From IMG/VR virus record IMGVR_UViG_3300005337_000001, positions 1 through 64,000 of that record: a stretch of DNA of 64,000 nucleotides; one strand, given 5' to 3'. This document shows positions 43,566 to 53,135 of this stretch, piece after piece; position 1 is the stretch's first letter, and each line of letters opens with the position of its first letter. The position numbers and the translations under genes were made by a program. The notes under the pieces are model-generated. The model had not been told where the DNA came from, did not search any database, and worked only from the letters and a program-made list of their open reading frames with translations. The DNA is from a virus.

Positions 43566-43942
43566 GCGTGCCCTTTAAGCAGCAGCATCTTGGTGAGTGA
43601 AATTTGGGTGTTGTGCAGGAGACCACGCAGGTTGCGAATAGCGGCCGCCGAGCTCGCTGAGTGAAGATGCGGCGTGAACTCTATCCCGCCGATGACAGCG
43701 GTAGCACGCCACCCCTCCTCTTCCTTGGCAATAACCACCGTAGAACCATCACGAGCTCGGCCCAACCAGGTCGGGTTGCCTTCGTAAGTTGTTCGTGTGC
43801 ATTCACCACCGAATGCACGAATCACGGCGGGCAGTTCATCAGTCAAAGCTGCGTACTGCGGACAGCTTTGATAGTGCTCGTGTGCCGAAGCCTGCGCTGT
43901 CGCCGGGCAATTGCAGTTACCAGGTCCTTCTTGCTCGCTCAT
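43562..43942 (-). CDS. hypothetical protein
   Basis: Start re-picked at MSEQEG. Confidence 0.55.
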   Translation of the reverse strand: MSEQEGPGNCNCPATAQASAHEHYQSCPQYAALTDELPAVIRAFGGECTRTTYEGNPTWLGRARDGSTVVIAKEEEGWRATAVIGGIEFTPHLHSASSAAAIRNLRGLLHNTQISLTKMLLLKGHA

Positions 43943-44169
43943 TCTTTCTGGACTTTCTTGATTGCTCGACCGTTGGTGTGCCCACACGATTCGCACGGCG
44001 CAATGACAAAGCTCGGGTCGTTGACGATGATGTCGACGATCCCTAACACGTTCTCGCGGCAGAATGGAGCCAGGTCTTGGCCGCCTTCCTTAGCTACCGC
44101 TTTCTTGATGAGCTCGTACTCCGCATCCGTGACGCTGAACGTGATGTAGCGCCGTGCTTTACCTGCCAT
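43939..44169 (-). CDS. ribbon-helix-helix (CopG/MobC-like) DNA-binding protein with zinc ribbon
   Basis: YITFSVTDAEYELIKKAV..LAPFCRE; CESCG. Confidence 0.6.
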   Translation of the reverse strand: MAGKARRYITFSVTDAEYELIKKAVAKEGGQDLAPFCRENVLGIVDIIVNDPSFVIAPCESCGHTNGRAIKKVQKE

Positions 44170-44260
44170 GAAGTCACCTCTGAAGAACACGACACTTCAG
44201 CGTCGAACGTACGTACAAGCTCGAGTGCCGACTCGAACGTCCACATGTCCGGAGGTCCGC

Positions 44261-44724
44261 TCACTCGGCCTCTTCGTCGAACTCGATCGACACCCACTTC
44301 TTAGTCTCAGGGCAGCACACCAGGCTGTCGAGCAGTCGGATGCTAGCAGGGCGCAGGCTCGATACAAGCCAGCCGAGAAGTCGATGTCGTCGCTTGAAGG
44401 CGCTGGATTACCGCTCGGGTGGTTGTGGCCCACAACGATGGCGCGCGCATTGATCGCCAGGGCGCTGCGTAGTACATCCCCGGTCGTGAGGATCATTCCC
44501 GTCTGTGAACCACGAGCCACAGCCTCGAAGCCGATGATGCTGTTGCTGCCGCTGAGAAACACGACGTGCATCTCCTCATGAGGCAACCCTTTCAAGCTCT
44601 TCATAAAGAAGGCAGACGCATCGTCTGCTCCACCGATGGTGCGGTGAGAGCTCACCAGCTGCCCATCGCGCACCATCTTGCACTTGTACTTCTGAATCTT
44701 GTAGCTGGCCATCAGGGCCTCCAC
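44261..44724 (-). pseudogene. RadC/JAB-domain gene with a 1-nt frameshift (or assembly indel)
   Basis: EEMHVVFL, HNHPSG..SSDD; adding one base near 44343 restores LLGIRLLDSLV..EEAE* with a stop at 44261. Confidence 0.75.
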
Positions 44725-44943
44725 TTACGACACACGGTCAACGAACACCGTAGGCATCATGGCGGCGTATGTATTACCAACGCCGCGTAGTGTGGGATGC
44801 AAGATCTTCACTACAACCAAGTGCTCAATCGGCGCGTCCTGCTTAGTCATGGAGATGTGCTCGCCAACGCGAGGTAAGATCTCGGCGTCTTGTATCAAAT
44901 GAGACTGCTGCTTATGGTCAGTAGGCTGCAGCAAATAGTTCAT
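44725..44943 (-). CDS. hypothetical protein
   Basis: Coupled ORF; LPRVGE. Confidence 0.55.
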   Translation of the reverse strand: MNYLLQPTDHKQQSHLIQDAEILPRVGEHISMTKQDAPIEHLVVVKILHPTLRGVGNTYAAMMPTVFVDRVS

Positions 44944-47900
44944 CAGAAGTTCTCTCCTGGGCTCGCCACATCGGGGCCTGTTGGGATGTCTGGCTGTCCT
45001 GGTGAATCAGCGTCGTCGGAGCTGAACTCGAAGTCCTTTTCATCCTGGCTCGAGCCGATGAGCTTCTCACCGCCAGCAGAGCGGCGGTTGAACTTGCGCA
45101 CCGGCAGGTCTTCACGCGCGAGATTGCGCAGGCCGCTCATCAGCGTTCCCGAGTAGCTCACGCCGTCAACGTCCAGGTTGAAGAAGGTGCTGAACTGCCC
45201 TTCGATGAGCAGGTCGATTGCTCTGTCAGCTCCCTTTTGCCTGAATGTCCCCAGCAATGTGTCGACCGGCTCTTGCGCAGGCGCCTTGTAATTTGCGAGG
45301 GCGAACTCCAATGTGTCTTGGCCCACCACCGTTGGTACATGTAACTGTCCAAAGAGGTCTGCTCCATCCGTCGTGAGAACGGCAAGGAGCTTCTTCAGGT
45401 GGTTGTTGGCATCGTTTACCATCGACACAGTCGGATTCGCATTGGTGACGATGGGGTTCAGGAACCTGGCAAGGTCTCGGAAGTAGCTGGTCTGCTGCTC
45501 TGGTTGGGCAAGCCATGCGTCGAGCTCCTCTTTGAATTGGGTGTAGTTGGCCACCTGCACCACACGAATGCGGCCGAACGGATTGGGCACGCCGAAGTCG
45601 AACGACATGACGAACGTGCTCTCGATGAGCTCGAAGAGAGCAACCACACCGAGGGCGGGCTCGAGCCCAGTGATCGTGAACGTACGGCTCACCTCGTTGT
45701 ACTGTGCTTCGTACAATTGCACGCTGTCGCCAACGACGGCTCCTGTGGGGAACGTATCGAAGTGTAGCCAGTTGGTGAAGCCGCGCACAGGCACGCCTAC
45801 GTCTATCGGATCGAGGAAGTAGTTGGCTCCCAGGCTTGCGCCGGCGTTGTCCACGATGACCTCAGAGGCCAGGGTCGTGTCCCGTGAGGCGAACGTCACA
45901 TCTTCGGCGCCGAGCGAAGCGTTGAAGAAGATGGGTAGGTCACCGTCTTTGAAGCTGGTGAGCCCGCGCTCGAGCACTAGCTCGAATGAAGCGGTCGTCT
46001 TCACGCCCTGGTCTTCGCCCACCACATAGCGACCAGCATTTGAGCCGTCGTTCACCACGAGGATGTCGCCGAAGCCGAAGCTGATGTTGGCTCCAATTTC
46101 GAAGGTCACGTCGCCAGCTGTGATGGTAGTTGGGAACGTCACGTCGATGGTCGTGTCAGTGGCTGCGATGATGAAACCCTCTTTGCCTGCGTCAAGACCG
46201 AACGTGCTGCTGCGAAGCACCACAGGATCGTTGATGTCGATGTCCACACGCTGATCTTCAGATGCGATGTTGATGGTGACGGTGGTGCCTCCCACTGTGA
46301 TGGTCCCTGTGCCTGTAACTTTGGTGAACACCACGCGCGTGGGGTCTGTCGGCTCCGAGCGCGCTACGCCCACGTACTCGAAATCGTGGAACACCAGCTT
46401 GGCGGCGAGCTTGGAGGTCGAGCCGTTGATGTTGTCGACCACGGTGGTGGCCGGCACCGGCCTAGACCTGGCCGAAGCGCCAGGGAAGAAGCCGAGCACC
46501 GAGGCTGCTACATCCTCTTCGCCGCCCGTGCGGATGAGCTGAACCGTGCGGCGTTGCGCCAGGCTGCCGGACTCGTCGGTATCGCGCAGTCTCAGCGCGC
46601 GCGCCGCTGGTCCCACCGAGATCATGGCGCCAGGCAAGGGTACCGGCACCACCGGAGCCACACCCAAGGCGTCGATGAACTGCCCACCGGGGTCGACGGC
46701 TGTTACCACCCAGGTCGTACCATCGTTGGCTCCTTCATCGACGTCCACTTCATCACCCACCACGATGCCTAAGCCCGTGAGGGAGCCGCCGAGGATAGTG
46801 AAGCGCGCGTTGTTGCCGCCCAGGCTCGTAATAACGACGGGCGAGTTGTAGCGCACAGGGAAAAAGACCTCCTCGCACACCAGCGCAGAGGCGCCGAGCG
46901 CTGCGTTGATCTCAGAGGCCACCTGCGCCGCCGTGCGCAGCCCGTTCGTGAGCGTCACGGGGAATTGAGGCAGCCCCGTGTCCACGCTTCCGAAGCCGAT
47001 GAGCAGCGCGTCACGGTCAGGGTCGATTTGAAACGGCTCGGCGAGCACGGCGGTGAGCTCGGCGATGAAGCTGAGCGGCAGCGGGTAGTCGAATGGGGCT
47101 CCGCCATCCATGGCGAAGCGGATGAATTGGTTGGCGGCCAGGATTGGGTAGGGCCCAGAGCTCGAGGAGGCGCGCTCGGCCGGCGTTGCCGGGTGCTGGG
47201 CGTCGGCGAAAGCCTGCGCCTGACCCGAAGTGGTGATGAATTCGCTCGGGGCCTGCGCCGCCCCGTACTTTGCGACCAGAGGCTGCTGGGTGATGAGGTC
47301 GAGCGCCACAGCTCGGAGGTTGTCGAGCCGGGCGTTCTCGTCCAGCGCGCTCAACTCAGTGAAATGCTGGTCCAGCACATCCCTGGCCCTCGAGATCACG
47401 CCTTGGGCTGCCACACGCGGCAGGTTCAAGCTCCCAAAGTCGGCGATGGCGTTGCTCAAGAGCCCAGCGCGCCGGATGAGCTCGCTGTGCGCCTCGGCCA
47501 TCTGCCGCACCAGCGCTGGGATCTTCGCCCTAGCCCCGGAGGGGGTGTCTACGATAGCTGACCCGCCGCTCGAAGACGAGGATGAGGAGGCTGACTGGGC
47601 CTGCTTGATGTTGGGGCCCACGGTACCGAGGAAGCCGTCGAGGTTCTGGACGTAGCGCCGGTAGGCGGGGACTTTGGTGATGTCGGAGAAGCCATCGGTG
47701 CGTGAGGAGACTGCGGCCTCGAGCTCTTCAAGTGCGCTGCGGGCGTTGGCCAGAGGTGAAAGGTCGGAGATGGGCGTTACAAGGCGGTCTGTGGCGAAGA
47801 CTGCGTCGATGAGGGATGTAACGGTAGAGGCCTGGGTTAGAGCCAGGTCTTGGAGCTTACGAGCGCCGAGGAGGATGGTGTAGAAGGGCGCGTTGAACCA

Positions 47901-48050
47901 GAGGATGTAGACGCCGGCGGCAGCCTCTTGGATGTCGGAGAAGGATACGGAAATCTTCCGGTCCCCGAGAATACCCGTAGGATGTCGAACCGTTGAACGC
48001 ACGATTTTCTCGACGGCTGCTTGTACTTCTTCGGCGGTGTAGTTGCTCAT
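44943..48050 (-). CDS. large putative virion structural (tail/baseplate-type) protein, 1035 aa
   Basis: Long ORF with helical ends and a beta-rich Gly/Thr/Val core; TAAQVASEIN and ATTVVDNIN segments like phage tail proteins. Confidence 0.6.
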   Translation of the reverse strand: MSNYTAEEVQAAVEKIVRSTVRHPTGILGDRKISVSFSDIQEAAAGVYILWFNAPFYTILLGARKLQDLALTQASTVTSLIDAVFATDRLVTPISDLSPLANARSALEELEAAVSSRTDGFSDITKVPAYRRYVQNLDGFLGTVGPNIKQAQSASSSSSSSGGSAIVDTPSGARAKIPALVRQMAEAHSELIRRAGLLSNAIADFGSLNLPRVAAQGVISRARDVLDQHFTELSALDENARLDNLRAVALDLITQQPLVAKYGAAQAPSEFITTSGQAQAFADAQHPATPAERASSSSGPYPILAANQFIRFAMDGGAPFDYPLPLSFIAELTAVLAEPFQIDPDRDALLIGFGSVDTGLPQFPVTLTNGLRTAAQVASEINAALGASALVCEEVFFPVRYNSPVVITSLGGNNARFTILGGSLTGLGIVVGDEVDVDEGANDGTTWVVTAVDPGGQFIDALGVAPVVPVPLPGAMISVGPAARALRLRDTDESGSLAQRRTVQLIRTGGEEDVAASVLGFFPGASARSRPVPATTVVDNINGSTSKLAAKLVFHDFEYVGVARSEPTDPTRVVFTKVTGTGTITVGGTTVTINIASEDQRVDIDINDPVVLRSSTFGLDAGKEGFIIAATDTTIDVTFPTTITAGDVTFEIGANISFGFGDILVVNDGSNAGRYVVGEDQGVKTTASFELVLERGLTSFKDGDLPIFFNASLGAEDVTFASRDTTLASEVIVDNAGASLGANYFLDPIDVGVPVRGFTNWLHFDTFPTGAVVGDSVQLYEAQYNEVSRTFTITGLEPALGVVALFELIESTFVMSFDFGVPNPFGRIRVVQVANYTQFKEELDAWLAQPEQQTSYFRDLARFLNPIVTNANPTVSMVNDANNHLKKLLAVLTTDGADLFGQLHVPTVVGQDTLEFALANYKAPAQEPVDTLLGTFRQKGADRAIDLLIEGQFSTFFNLDVDGVSYSGTLMSGLRNLAREDLPVRKFNRRSAGGEKLIGSSQDEKDFEFSSDDADSPGQPDIPTGPDVASPGENF

Positions 48051-48211
48051 TTGCTGTGATCTTTCAAGGTGATGAAGCTGTAGTTCTGCAGGTCCCGCTC
48101 GAAGTACTCCCTGAGCAGTGCTTTCAGCAAAATGTGACGTAGGGCACGTGCTAGCGGTGACATCGAGGTGCCGGCTACAAGCTGGCGTTCGGCGGGGGTG
48201 TACTCGCTCAT
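48047..48211 (-). CDS. small hypothetical protein (54 aa)
   Basis: Manual translation MSEYTPAERQLV..KDHSK; ATGA overlap with the large gene. Confidence 0.55.
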   Translation of the reverse strand: MSEYTPAERQLVAGTSMSPLARALRHILLKALLREYFERDLQNYSFITLKDHSK

Positions 48212-48220
48212 GTAGTTCCC

Positions 48221-48613
48221 TCAGAAAGGTAGAATGCGGATGCCTTTACCTTGCCACTTGCCGTACTTGGCCAGCACTTCTTCTTCGGTTTCCATCCCAT
48301 CTAAGTACCACTTGAGCGCCAGATGTTCGAAGTACCGCCAGAGTTCGGGCGGTGTGCCACGCTCTCCCCTGAATTGAATCTGCACACCACAGGGGAGGCC
48401 CTTGGCGAAGTTGCCGCTCACCAGCTCTTCTGGGATTGCAAAAACTATTCTGCCGTTACTGGGACGACGCCAAACCCTGCCTTGCATACCAGCTGGCAGA
48501 GGCAACGTTCCGTGGGTGTTGCGCAGGGTATAGATGCTGCCTTTTCGCTTCACGAAGTGGCTCGCTAGCGCCTCCTCCATGCCTTGCGCAATGTCGTCAG
48601 GTGCTGCGTTCAT
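48221..48613 (-). CDS. hypothetical protein (N-terminal IAQGMEEAL motif)
   Basis: Coupled ORF. Confidence 0.7.
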   Translation of the reverse strand: MNAAPDDIAQGMEEALASHFVKRKGSIYTLRNTHGTLPLPAGMQGRVWRRPSNGRIVFAIPEELVSGNFAKGLPCGVQIQFRGERGTPPELWRYFEHLALKWYLDGMETEEEVLAKYGKWQGKGIRILPF

Positions 48614-48846
48614 GTACTGGACACCTTCATGGCCTTCTTGAAAGCCTTGGACTTCAAGCAGCGCTTGCAGTTCACCTTGGATGAGGCCTTACGCACAGAG
48701 AGTACGGGACCGGCTTGGATGCCACAAGCTGTGCAGCCACCAGGGCCGAGGTGCGGGCGAAAGTGGGTGGCTTTGCCAGGCAGGTTGGGTATGGGTATGA
48801 GCCCAGGGACGAAGCCGGCGTACTCCTCGTTGAAGTGCTTGGTCAT
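48610..48846 (-). CDS. H-C-CxxC zinc-finger family protein
   Basis: THF..TACG..VNCKRC. Confidence 0.65.
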   Translation of the reverse strand: MTKHFNEEYAGFVPGLIPIPNLPGKATHFRPHLGPGGCTACGIQAGPVLSVRKASSKVNCKRCLKSKAFKKAMKVSST

Positions 48847-49238
48847 GTACCGGGCTCTTTCACCAAGGTCAGCTTGCGAGGCTCTTCAACCAACACATCC
48901 ATGGGATCAGCCGTGCGTGTGACCGTGCCAGCAAACATGGCCAATGCGAAGGCCTCTGGGCGCATGGTTACCGTGCCCGTGCCTTGGCGCAGCGTCTTGC
49001 CACACAAAGCGCAGGGATATTCGCCGGGCACTCCGACGGTTTTCTCTTCAGACTCCTCGTTGAAGTGACTACGGCAGACGAAAAGCCAGGTTCGGTTGGT
49101 GTAGGCAGCGGCGAGGCCCGGGCCTTTGGCAGTGGGGTCTGCCATCCTGCTCGAGCCCCTCATGAGCAGCTCGTAGGCTGCCAGCTCTTCGCCTGTGTCA
49201 GCTTCGATGGTGCCATCGGGTAGCTTGCGAATGGTCAC
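48843..49238 (-). CDS. hypothetical protein with zinc ribbon
   Basis: GTG start overlapping the upstream stop; VCRSH..CALCG. Confidence 0.55.
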   Translation of the reverse strand: MTIRKLPDGTIEADTGEELAAYELLMRGSSRMADPTAKGPGLAAAYTNRTWLFVCRSHFNEESEEKTVGVPGEYPCALCGKTLRQGTGTVTMRPEAFALAMFAGTVTRTADPMDVLVEEPRKLTLVKEPGT

Positions 49239-49639
49239 GTCGGTTCCCAGCCTTTCGTTCCTTCGGCTTTCATGTGATCGTAGACGCGGAGAAAAGCTAC
49301 ATCGAGGTCGAGCAGCGGCCCTTGCCAGTTCCACTCGGGGTCGTCAGCGGTCCACCACACCATCACGATGATTGGTATCTCCGGTGTGCGGTCTAGCACC
49401 ACGCGGTAGTCAAGCGCCCAGCCCGTTGCGAGCGACAGCTCGAGGTGCTTGTTGCGCGCTTCGATGAGCCAGCTCGCAGCTACCTGCGGGTCGTCGAACG
49501 CCAGGCAGGTGAGCTCGAAGCGTGCAGCTTTCCAGGCACGGACGTCTCCCGTCTCTTCGAGCGTGTAGATGGTAGCGCCGAGCTTCATGTCATAGACCGA
49601 CCAGAAGTTGGCTCGGCGCGGTTGGATGAGCGCGTTCAT
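49235..49639 (-). CDS. hypothetical protein
   Basis: Coupled ORF. Confidence 0.6.
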   Translation of the reverse strand: MNALIQPRRANFWSVYDMKLGATIYTLEETGDVRAWKAARFELTCLAFDDPQVAASWLIEARNKHLELSLATGWALDYRVVLDRTPEIPIIVMVWWTADDPEWNWQGPLLDLDVAFLRVYDHMKAEGTKGWEPT

Positions 49640-49947
49640 AGACACATGGGTTCTTCCTCGTAGACGTACTCTGCCGGGCCACGACGCCGGCGACAGATAG
49701 GGCCATGGAGATTGCCGTAGCGCCGCTGCAAAAACAGGAATACAGCGTCGGGGAAAGCGTGGCCGCCACCATGCTCATGCTCGAGCTCGCAGCGTTCACC
49801 GCCGCTCTCGAAGTAGGTGCACTGTGGTAGCGACGGTACATGGAGCACAGCAAACACACGGCCCTGCTCACAAACAGGGACAGCAGTCGCTACGCTGTGG
49901 AGCCGCACCGGCGGCTCAATAGGCAAGAGGCGGTAGCCGTAGCTCAC
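49636..49947 (-). CDS. Cys/His-rich hypothetical protein
   Basis: QC..RCELEHEHGGGH. Confidence 0.55.
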   Translation of the reverse strand: MSYGYRLLPIEPPVRLHSVATAVPVCEQGRVFAVLHVPSLPQCTYFESGGERCELEHEHGGGHAFPDAVFLFLQRRYGNLHGPICRRRRGPAEYVYEEEPMCL

Positions 49948-50186
49948 GTGCTCTCCTCAACCGGCAACTTGGCCAAGCAGGCTGGGCAGGTCACCTTCGC
50001 ATCGTCGAAGGTGTAGAGCGGGGTCTTGTCGGAAATGGGCGTGCCGTCCGACCAATCAGCGCGGTGCACGTCCTCAGGCAAGCCAGGGGGCTGGTTGTAA
50101 ACGTAGTACTCTTCCTCGGTGCAAAGCAGCGTCACGTAGGGCTGCGAGGCGTACTGACAGGCGTGAATGGGATCGGTAATGCTCAT
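49944..50186 (-). CDS. H-C-CxxC zinc-finger family protein
   Basis: IHA..LLCT..VTCPAC. Confidence 0.6.
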   Translation of the reverse strand: MSITDPIHACQYASQPYVTLLCTEEEYYVYNQPPGLPEDVHRADWSDGTPISDKTPLYTFDDAKVTCPACLAKLPVEEST

Positions 50187-50422
50187 GCGAACCTCGGTGC
50201 TGAAAACTCGTTCGGTTGGAGACCGTCGCTAGCTGCTAGCGCATCTTCCATGCCCTGGGCCAGGAAAGCCTCGGACGCTCGGCATGCAGGGCAGTCAACA
50301 CGCTCGCGGTGGACAGAACGGTTGTGCATGTACGCGAAGAGCCCGCAACCAGTCTTGGTATCGTTGTAAGCCTTGTCGGTGGTCACGTCCAAGAAGTGGG
50401 TGTAGGTCAAGGTCAGGCTCAT
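50183..50422 (-). CDS. H-C-CxxC zinc-finger family protein (LAQGMEDAL motif)
   Basis: THF..TGCG..VDCPAC, then AFLAQGMEDAL. Confidence 0.7.
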   Translation of the reverse strand: MSLTLTYTHFLDVTTDKAYNDTKTGCGLFAYMHNRSVHRERVDCPACRASEAFLAQGMEDALAASDGLQPNEFSAPRFA

Positions 50423-50610
50423 TTGACAGGCCCCGGAAAGTGCATGGCCAGCGCGCCCGGATCAACAAGGTCACCGTCGAGGCTGAACGTGCTCTTGTAC
50501 TTGGTGAAGCCACGCAGCGTGGACATTTCGATGCGCACCATGCCGGTGTGCTTGGCCAATAGCCGCAGGTCGCTGACTACCAGGGTCCAACCTTGCTCGG
50601 GCTGGCTCAT
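50419..50610 (-). CDS. hypothetical protein
   Basis: Coupled ORF. Confidence 0.55.
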   Translation of the reverse strand: MSQPEQGWTLVVSDLRLLAKHTGMVRIEMSTLRGFTKYKSTFSLDGDLVDPGALAMHFPGPVK

Positions 50611-50798
50611 GTACTTGCCTTCATCAGTGCAATTTCACGTGGTGTAAAGGGGCCATGCTCGCTGTGTTTAGCCACAACTTCAATAGCGCTTGCGAGAGTG
50701 GATTCGTCGCCGTGCTTGAATAAGGCTTTGGCTACACCCAAGGCATGCTTCAGCCTGGGTGGAAGCTCAGGTTTTGGTGCTGGGCGATGCGTGCTCAT
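50607..50798 (-). CDS. hypothetical protein
   Basis: Coupled ORF. Confidence 0.55.
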   Translation of the reverse strand: MSTHRPAPKPELPPRLKHALGVAKALFKHGDESTLASAIEVVAKHSEHGPFTPREIALMKAST

Positions 50799-51016
50799 CG
50801 CCAGCCCTTGGGCATCTTCGTCGGCAGTGTAGCGCCCAGCGGTAGTTTGAGCATGGACGCCTTGATCTGCACCTCCATGCCGTCGATGGCGCGCTTGCAG
50901 GCCTGACGAGCGAGCTGGAGCTGCATACGCATGTCGGCGAAGACCTCGGTCTTGGAGGCGTCATCGACATGTCTCTTGGCTAGGTCGAGCGCGGTTTGTA
51001 TTTCGTCGAATCTCAT
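50795..51016 (-). CDS. hypothetical helical protein
   Basis: AAGGA RBS before MRFDEI. Confidence 0.55.
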   Translation of the reverse strand: MRFDEIQTALDLAKRHVDDASKTEVFADMRMQLQLARQACKRAIDGMEVQIKASMLKLPLGATLPTKMPKGWR

Positions 51017-51041
51017 TTGATGTAGTCCTTCTTGAAGCTCA

Positions 51042-51380
51042 TTAACCTCTGAGGAGCTTCTGGATTTCGGCAGTGGCGTCGGTGACTCCATCGTCGAAGA
51101 CTTTGAACGAAGACTGCTTCATTGAGGCTAGAATGTCGGAGGGGTAGATAGTTTCGAAGAACGATGAGCCAGGAGCTTTAGGTAACCGGTCGCCGTTTCT
51201 ATTCGCTGGCGCCTGCAGCGCTTCCTCCATGCTTGCAGCCTGCGCGTCTTCGAACACAGGGGTGTCTTGGCAGTGCGGGCAGTCGGTGAGCTTGACGTCA
51301 CGGGTGAGCGATAGGTCGTAGCTGATGAAGACGTGACAGGCGGTGTACTTGTCGTCAGCTCGATAGAAGTGCACGGTCAT
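51042..51380 (-). CDS. H-C-CxxC zinc-finger family protein (QAASMEEAL motif)
   Basis: TVHF..TACH..TDCPHC, then QAASMEEAL. Confidence 0.7.
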   Translation of the reverse strand: MTVHFYRADDKYTACHVFISYDLSLTRDVKLTDCPHCQDTPVFEDAQAASMEEALQAPANRNGDRLPKAPGSSFFETIYPSDILASMKQSSFKVFDDGVTDATAEIQKLLRG

Positions 51381-51384
51381 GTGC

Positions 51385-51600
51385 TCACCGATCCCAGAAG
51401 ACGAAGCCTTGACTGTGCCTACCCTGGTGACCTGGCTTGAGCTTGCACGAAAAATTGGACCAGCGGTGGCCGCAGAACTCGGAGGTAGGGTACGGGCGTG
51501 TATTGAGCTCAGCACGTAATGTATCCAAGAGCCGTTCAGCCCAACCTACTGCAGCCACTAGCTCTTCGGTGGTCATGTCCGCGGGACGCTTGGTGTTCAT
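51385..51600 (-). CDS. hypothetical protein with C-terminal C..C..H..H
   Basis: FCGH..CKLKPGHQGRH. Confidence 0.55.
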   Translation of the reverse strand: MNTKRPADMTTEELVAAVGWAERLLDTLRAELNTRPYPTSEFCGHRWSNFSCKLKPGHQGRHSQGFVFWDR

Positions 51601-51974
51601 GTAACAGCTGCTCCAATGACATCGCGCGCAAGCATGTCGTTGAACATGCGGCGTACCGCAATGCACTGCCGATCGCCAGGGTTCAAGGCCTTCTTGCAGA
51701 TGTCGGGGCGCTTCTCATAGATGGAGCAGCTCACCTGCTTGCCGATGGAGCCTCGTAGGCTTACGCACCTGCAGTCCTCGGCGCCCTTGAGCGGACCCGT
51801 CTTGTTGAGAGTAGGCCTCGTGCGGATCTCGCTGTTGATGACGTTCAGCCGCACGTAGCGCCGGCCCAGTTTCTCTTCATCCTTGGGCGTCAGGTTCACG
51901 TAGGTGTCACTCCACGTAAGTGAGACACAACAGATGCCGCACTTGCGGCAGTCGGCTGATGTGAGCTTGGGCAT
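51597..51974 (-). CDS. YkgJ-family (CxxCxxCC) cysteine-cluster protein
   Basis: DCRKCGICCV..CVSLRG..CSIYEKRPDICK. Confidence 0.85.
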   Translation of the reverse strand: MPKLTSADCRKCGICCVSLTWSDTYVNLTPKDEEKLGRRYVRLNVINSEIRTRPTLNKTGPLKGAEDCRCVSLRGSIGKQVSCSIYEKRPDICKKALNPGDRQCIAVRRMFNDMLARDVIGAAVT

Positions 51975-51976
51975 GC

Positions 51977-52324
51977 TCAAAGACCCAACTCGAACCTAGC
52001 CGCTTTGATTGCTGTGAGCGAGATGTGTGAAGGTATATGGTTTTGGAGAGCGTGGATGTCACGACAAAACTCCCGCCAGGTCTCGAGGAGAAGTCTTTCT
52101 GCAGCACGTTCCTCCAGGCTGAGCCAGACTGAGCCGTTGCGGCTGTCCGGATGTAGCGTCTCGATGTCGAAGCGCCCTTGAGAGTGTGAGAACCTTGAGT
52201 CAGGGTACTTGTACTCCGCCCACTTGCGCCCAATTTTGCTGATCTCGTACTCGGTTGGTTTGCCGCGGTCGAAGTCGTGCTCGACGAATACACGCTGGCC
52301 TACCTTCAATTTGTGCTTGTTCAT
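51977..52324 (-). CDS. hypothetical beta-barrel protein
   Basis: LKVGQRVFV..EISKIGRKW. Confidence 0.6.
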   Translation of the reverse strand: MNKHKLKVGQRVFVEHDFDRGKPTEYEISKIGRKWAEYKYPDSRFSHSQGRFDIETLHPDSRNGSVWLSLEERAAERLLLETWREFCRDIHALQNHIPSHISLTAIKAARFELGL

Positions 52325-52326
52325 CT

Positions 52327-52863
52327 CTACTCCAGGTGATGCGGGCCTTCAGCACGGTATCGTTCGAGCTCCTGCGGCGTAGCGCCAGTGAGGCGCGTCT
52401 TCTTGCCCACACCATGCTCAAAATTGGCTTTGTGATGTCGAAACGCTTCAGCCTCGTACTCGAGCGCCACCATCTGCGTGGAGCCCCAGCCAGCTACCTC
52501 GATGGTCCACACGTGCGGCACCCACTTCTCGATTTTCTCGAAGGCCTTCTCCATGAAGCCAAAGCTGGGCTCGCCTTCGGTCTCTTGCTTCTCGATGAAG
52601 CCATGCTTGACTAGGCTTTCGAAGTCAGGGTGGAAGAAGGGGTTGGTAACCCACCAAGCAATGGGATTGGGCACAGGCTTGGCGGTGATCGCTTCTTGCA
52701 TGAGCTCGCCCATTCGCTTGAGCGAGATGAACTTCCACTCGTCCCCGTCTTTGGAAAGCGTCCAGATGAGTAGCGCCCCAGCGCATTCTTCTTCGCTGTG
52801 TCCAAAGGTGGCGGTGAGCGGCGGCATGTCGAGAATCACAGCACTCGGTTTGTAGATGGGCAT
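52327..52863 (-). CDS. hypothetical protein
   Basis: ORF. Confidence 0.65.
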   Translation of the reverse strand: MPIYKPSAVILDMPPLTATFGHSEEECAGALLIWTLSKDGDEWKFISLKRMGELMQEAITAKPVPNPIAWWVTNPFFHPDFESLVKHGFIEKQETEGEPSFGFMEKAFEKIEKWVPHVWTIEVAGWGSTQMVALEYEAEAFRHHKANFEHGVGKKTRLTGATPQELERYRAEGPHHLE

Positions 52864-52865
52864 GT

Positions 52866-53135
52866 TCAATCCCTCATTGGAGCCAGAATCCAACGCCACT
52901 CGTCGGGCCAGCTGTCGTCTTCGTAGATAGGACGTATACCCTCACCAGGAGGGTTGCCAAGAAAGGTGATGGCCCGGTTGTTAACCTGAGCTATGTGCGC
53001 GTTCCAGAAAGTGATGCCAACCGGTGTGAGGATCACGATGTCCTGCCGACCCCGCACTGCTAAACGCGGGTCATCGTCACTCCAGTTCGGCTCACCCCGC
53101 ATCTTCGGGCTCGTCTTTCGTCGTGAACTCGTCAC
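52866..53135 (-). CDS. hypothetical protein
   Basis: ORF. Confidence 0.5.
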   Translation of the reverse strand: MTSSRRKTSPKMRGEPNWSDDDPRLAVRGRQDIVILTPVGITFWNAHIAQVNNRAITFLGNPPGEGIRPIYEDDSWPDEWRWILAPMRD

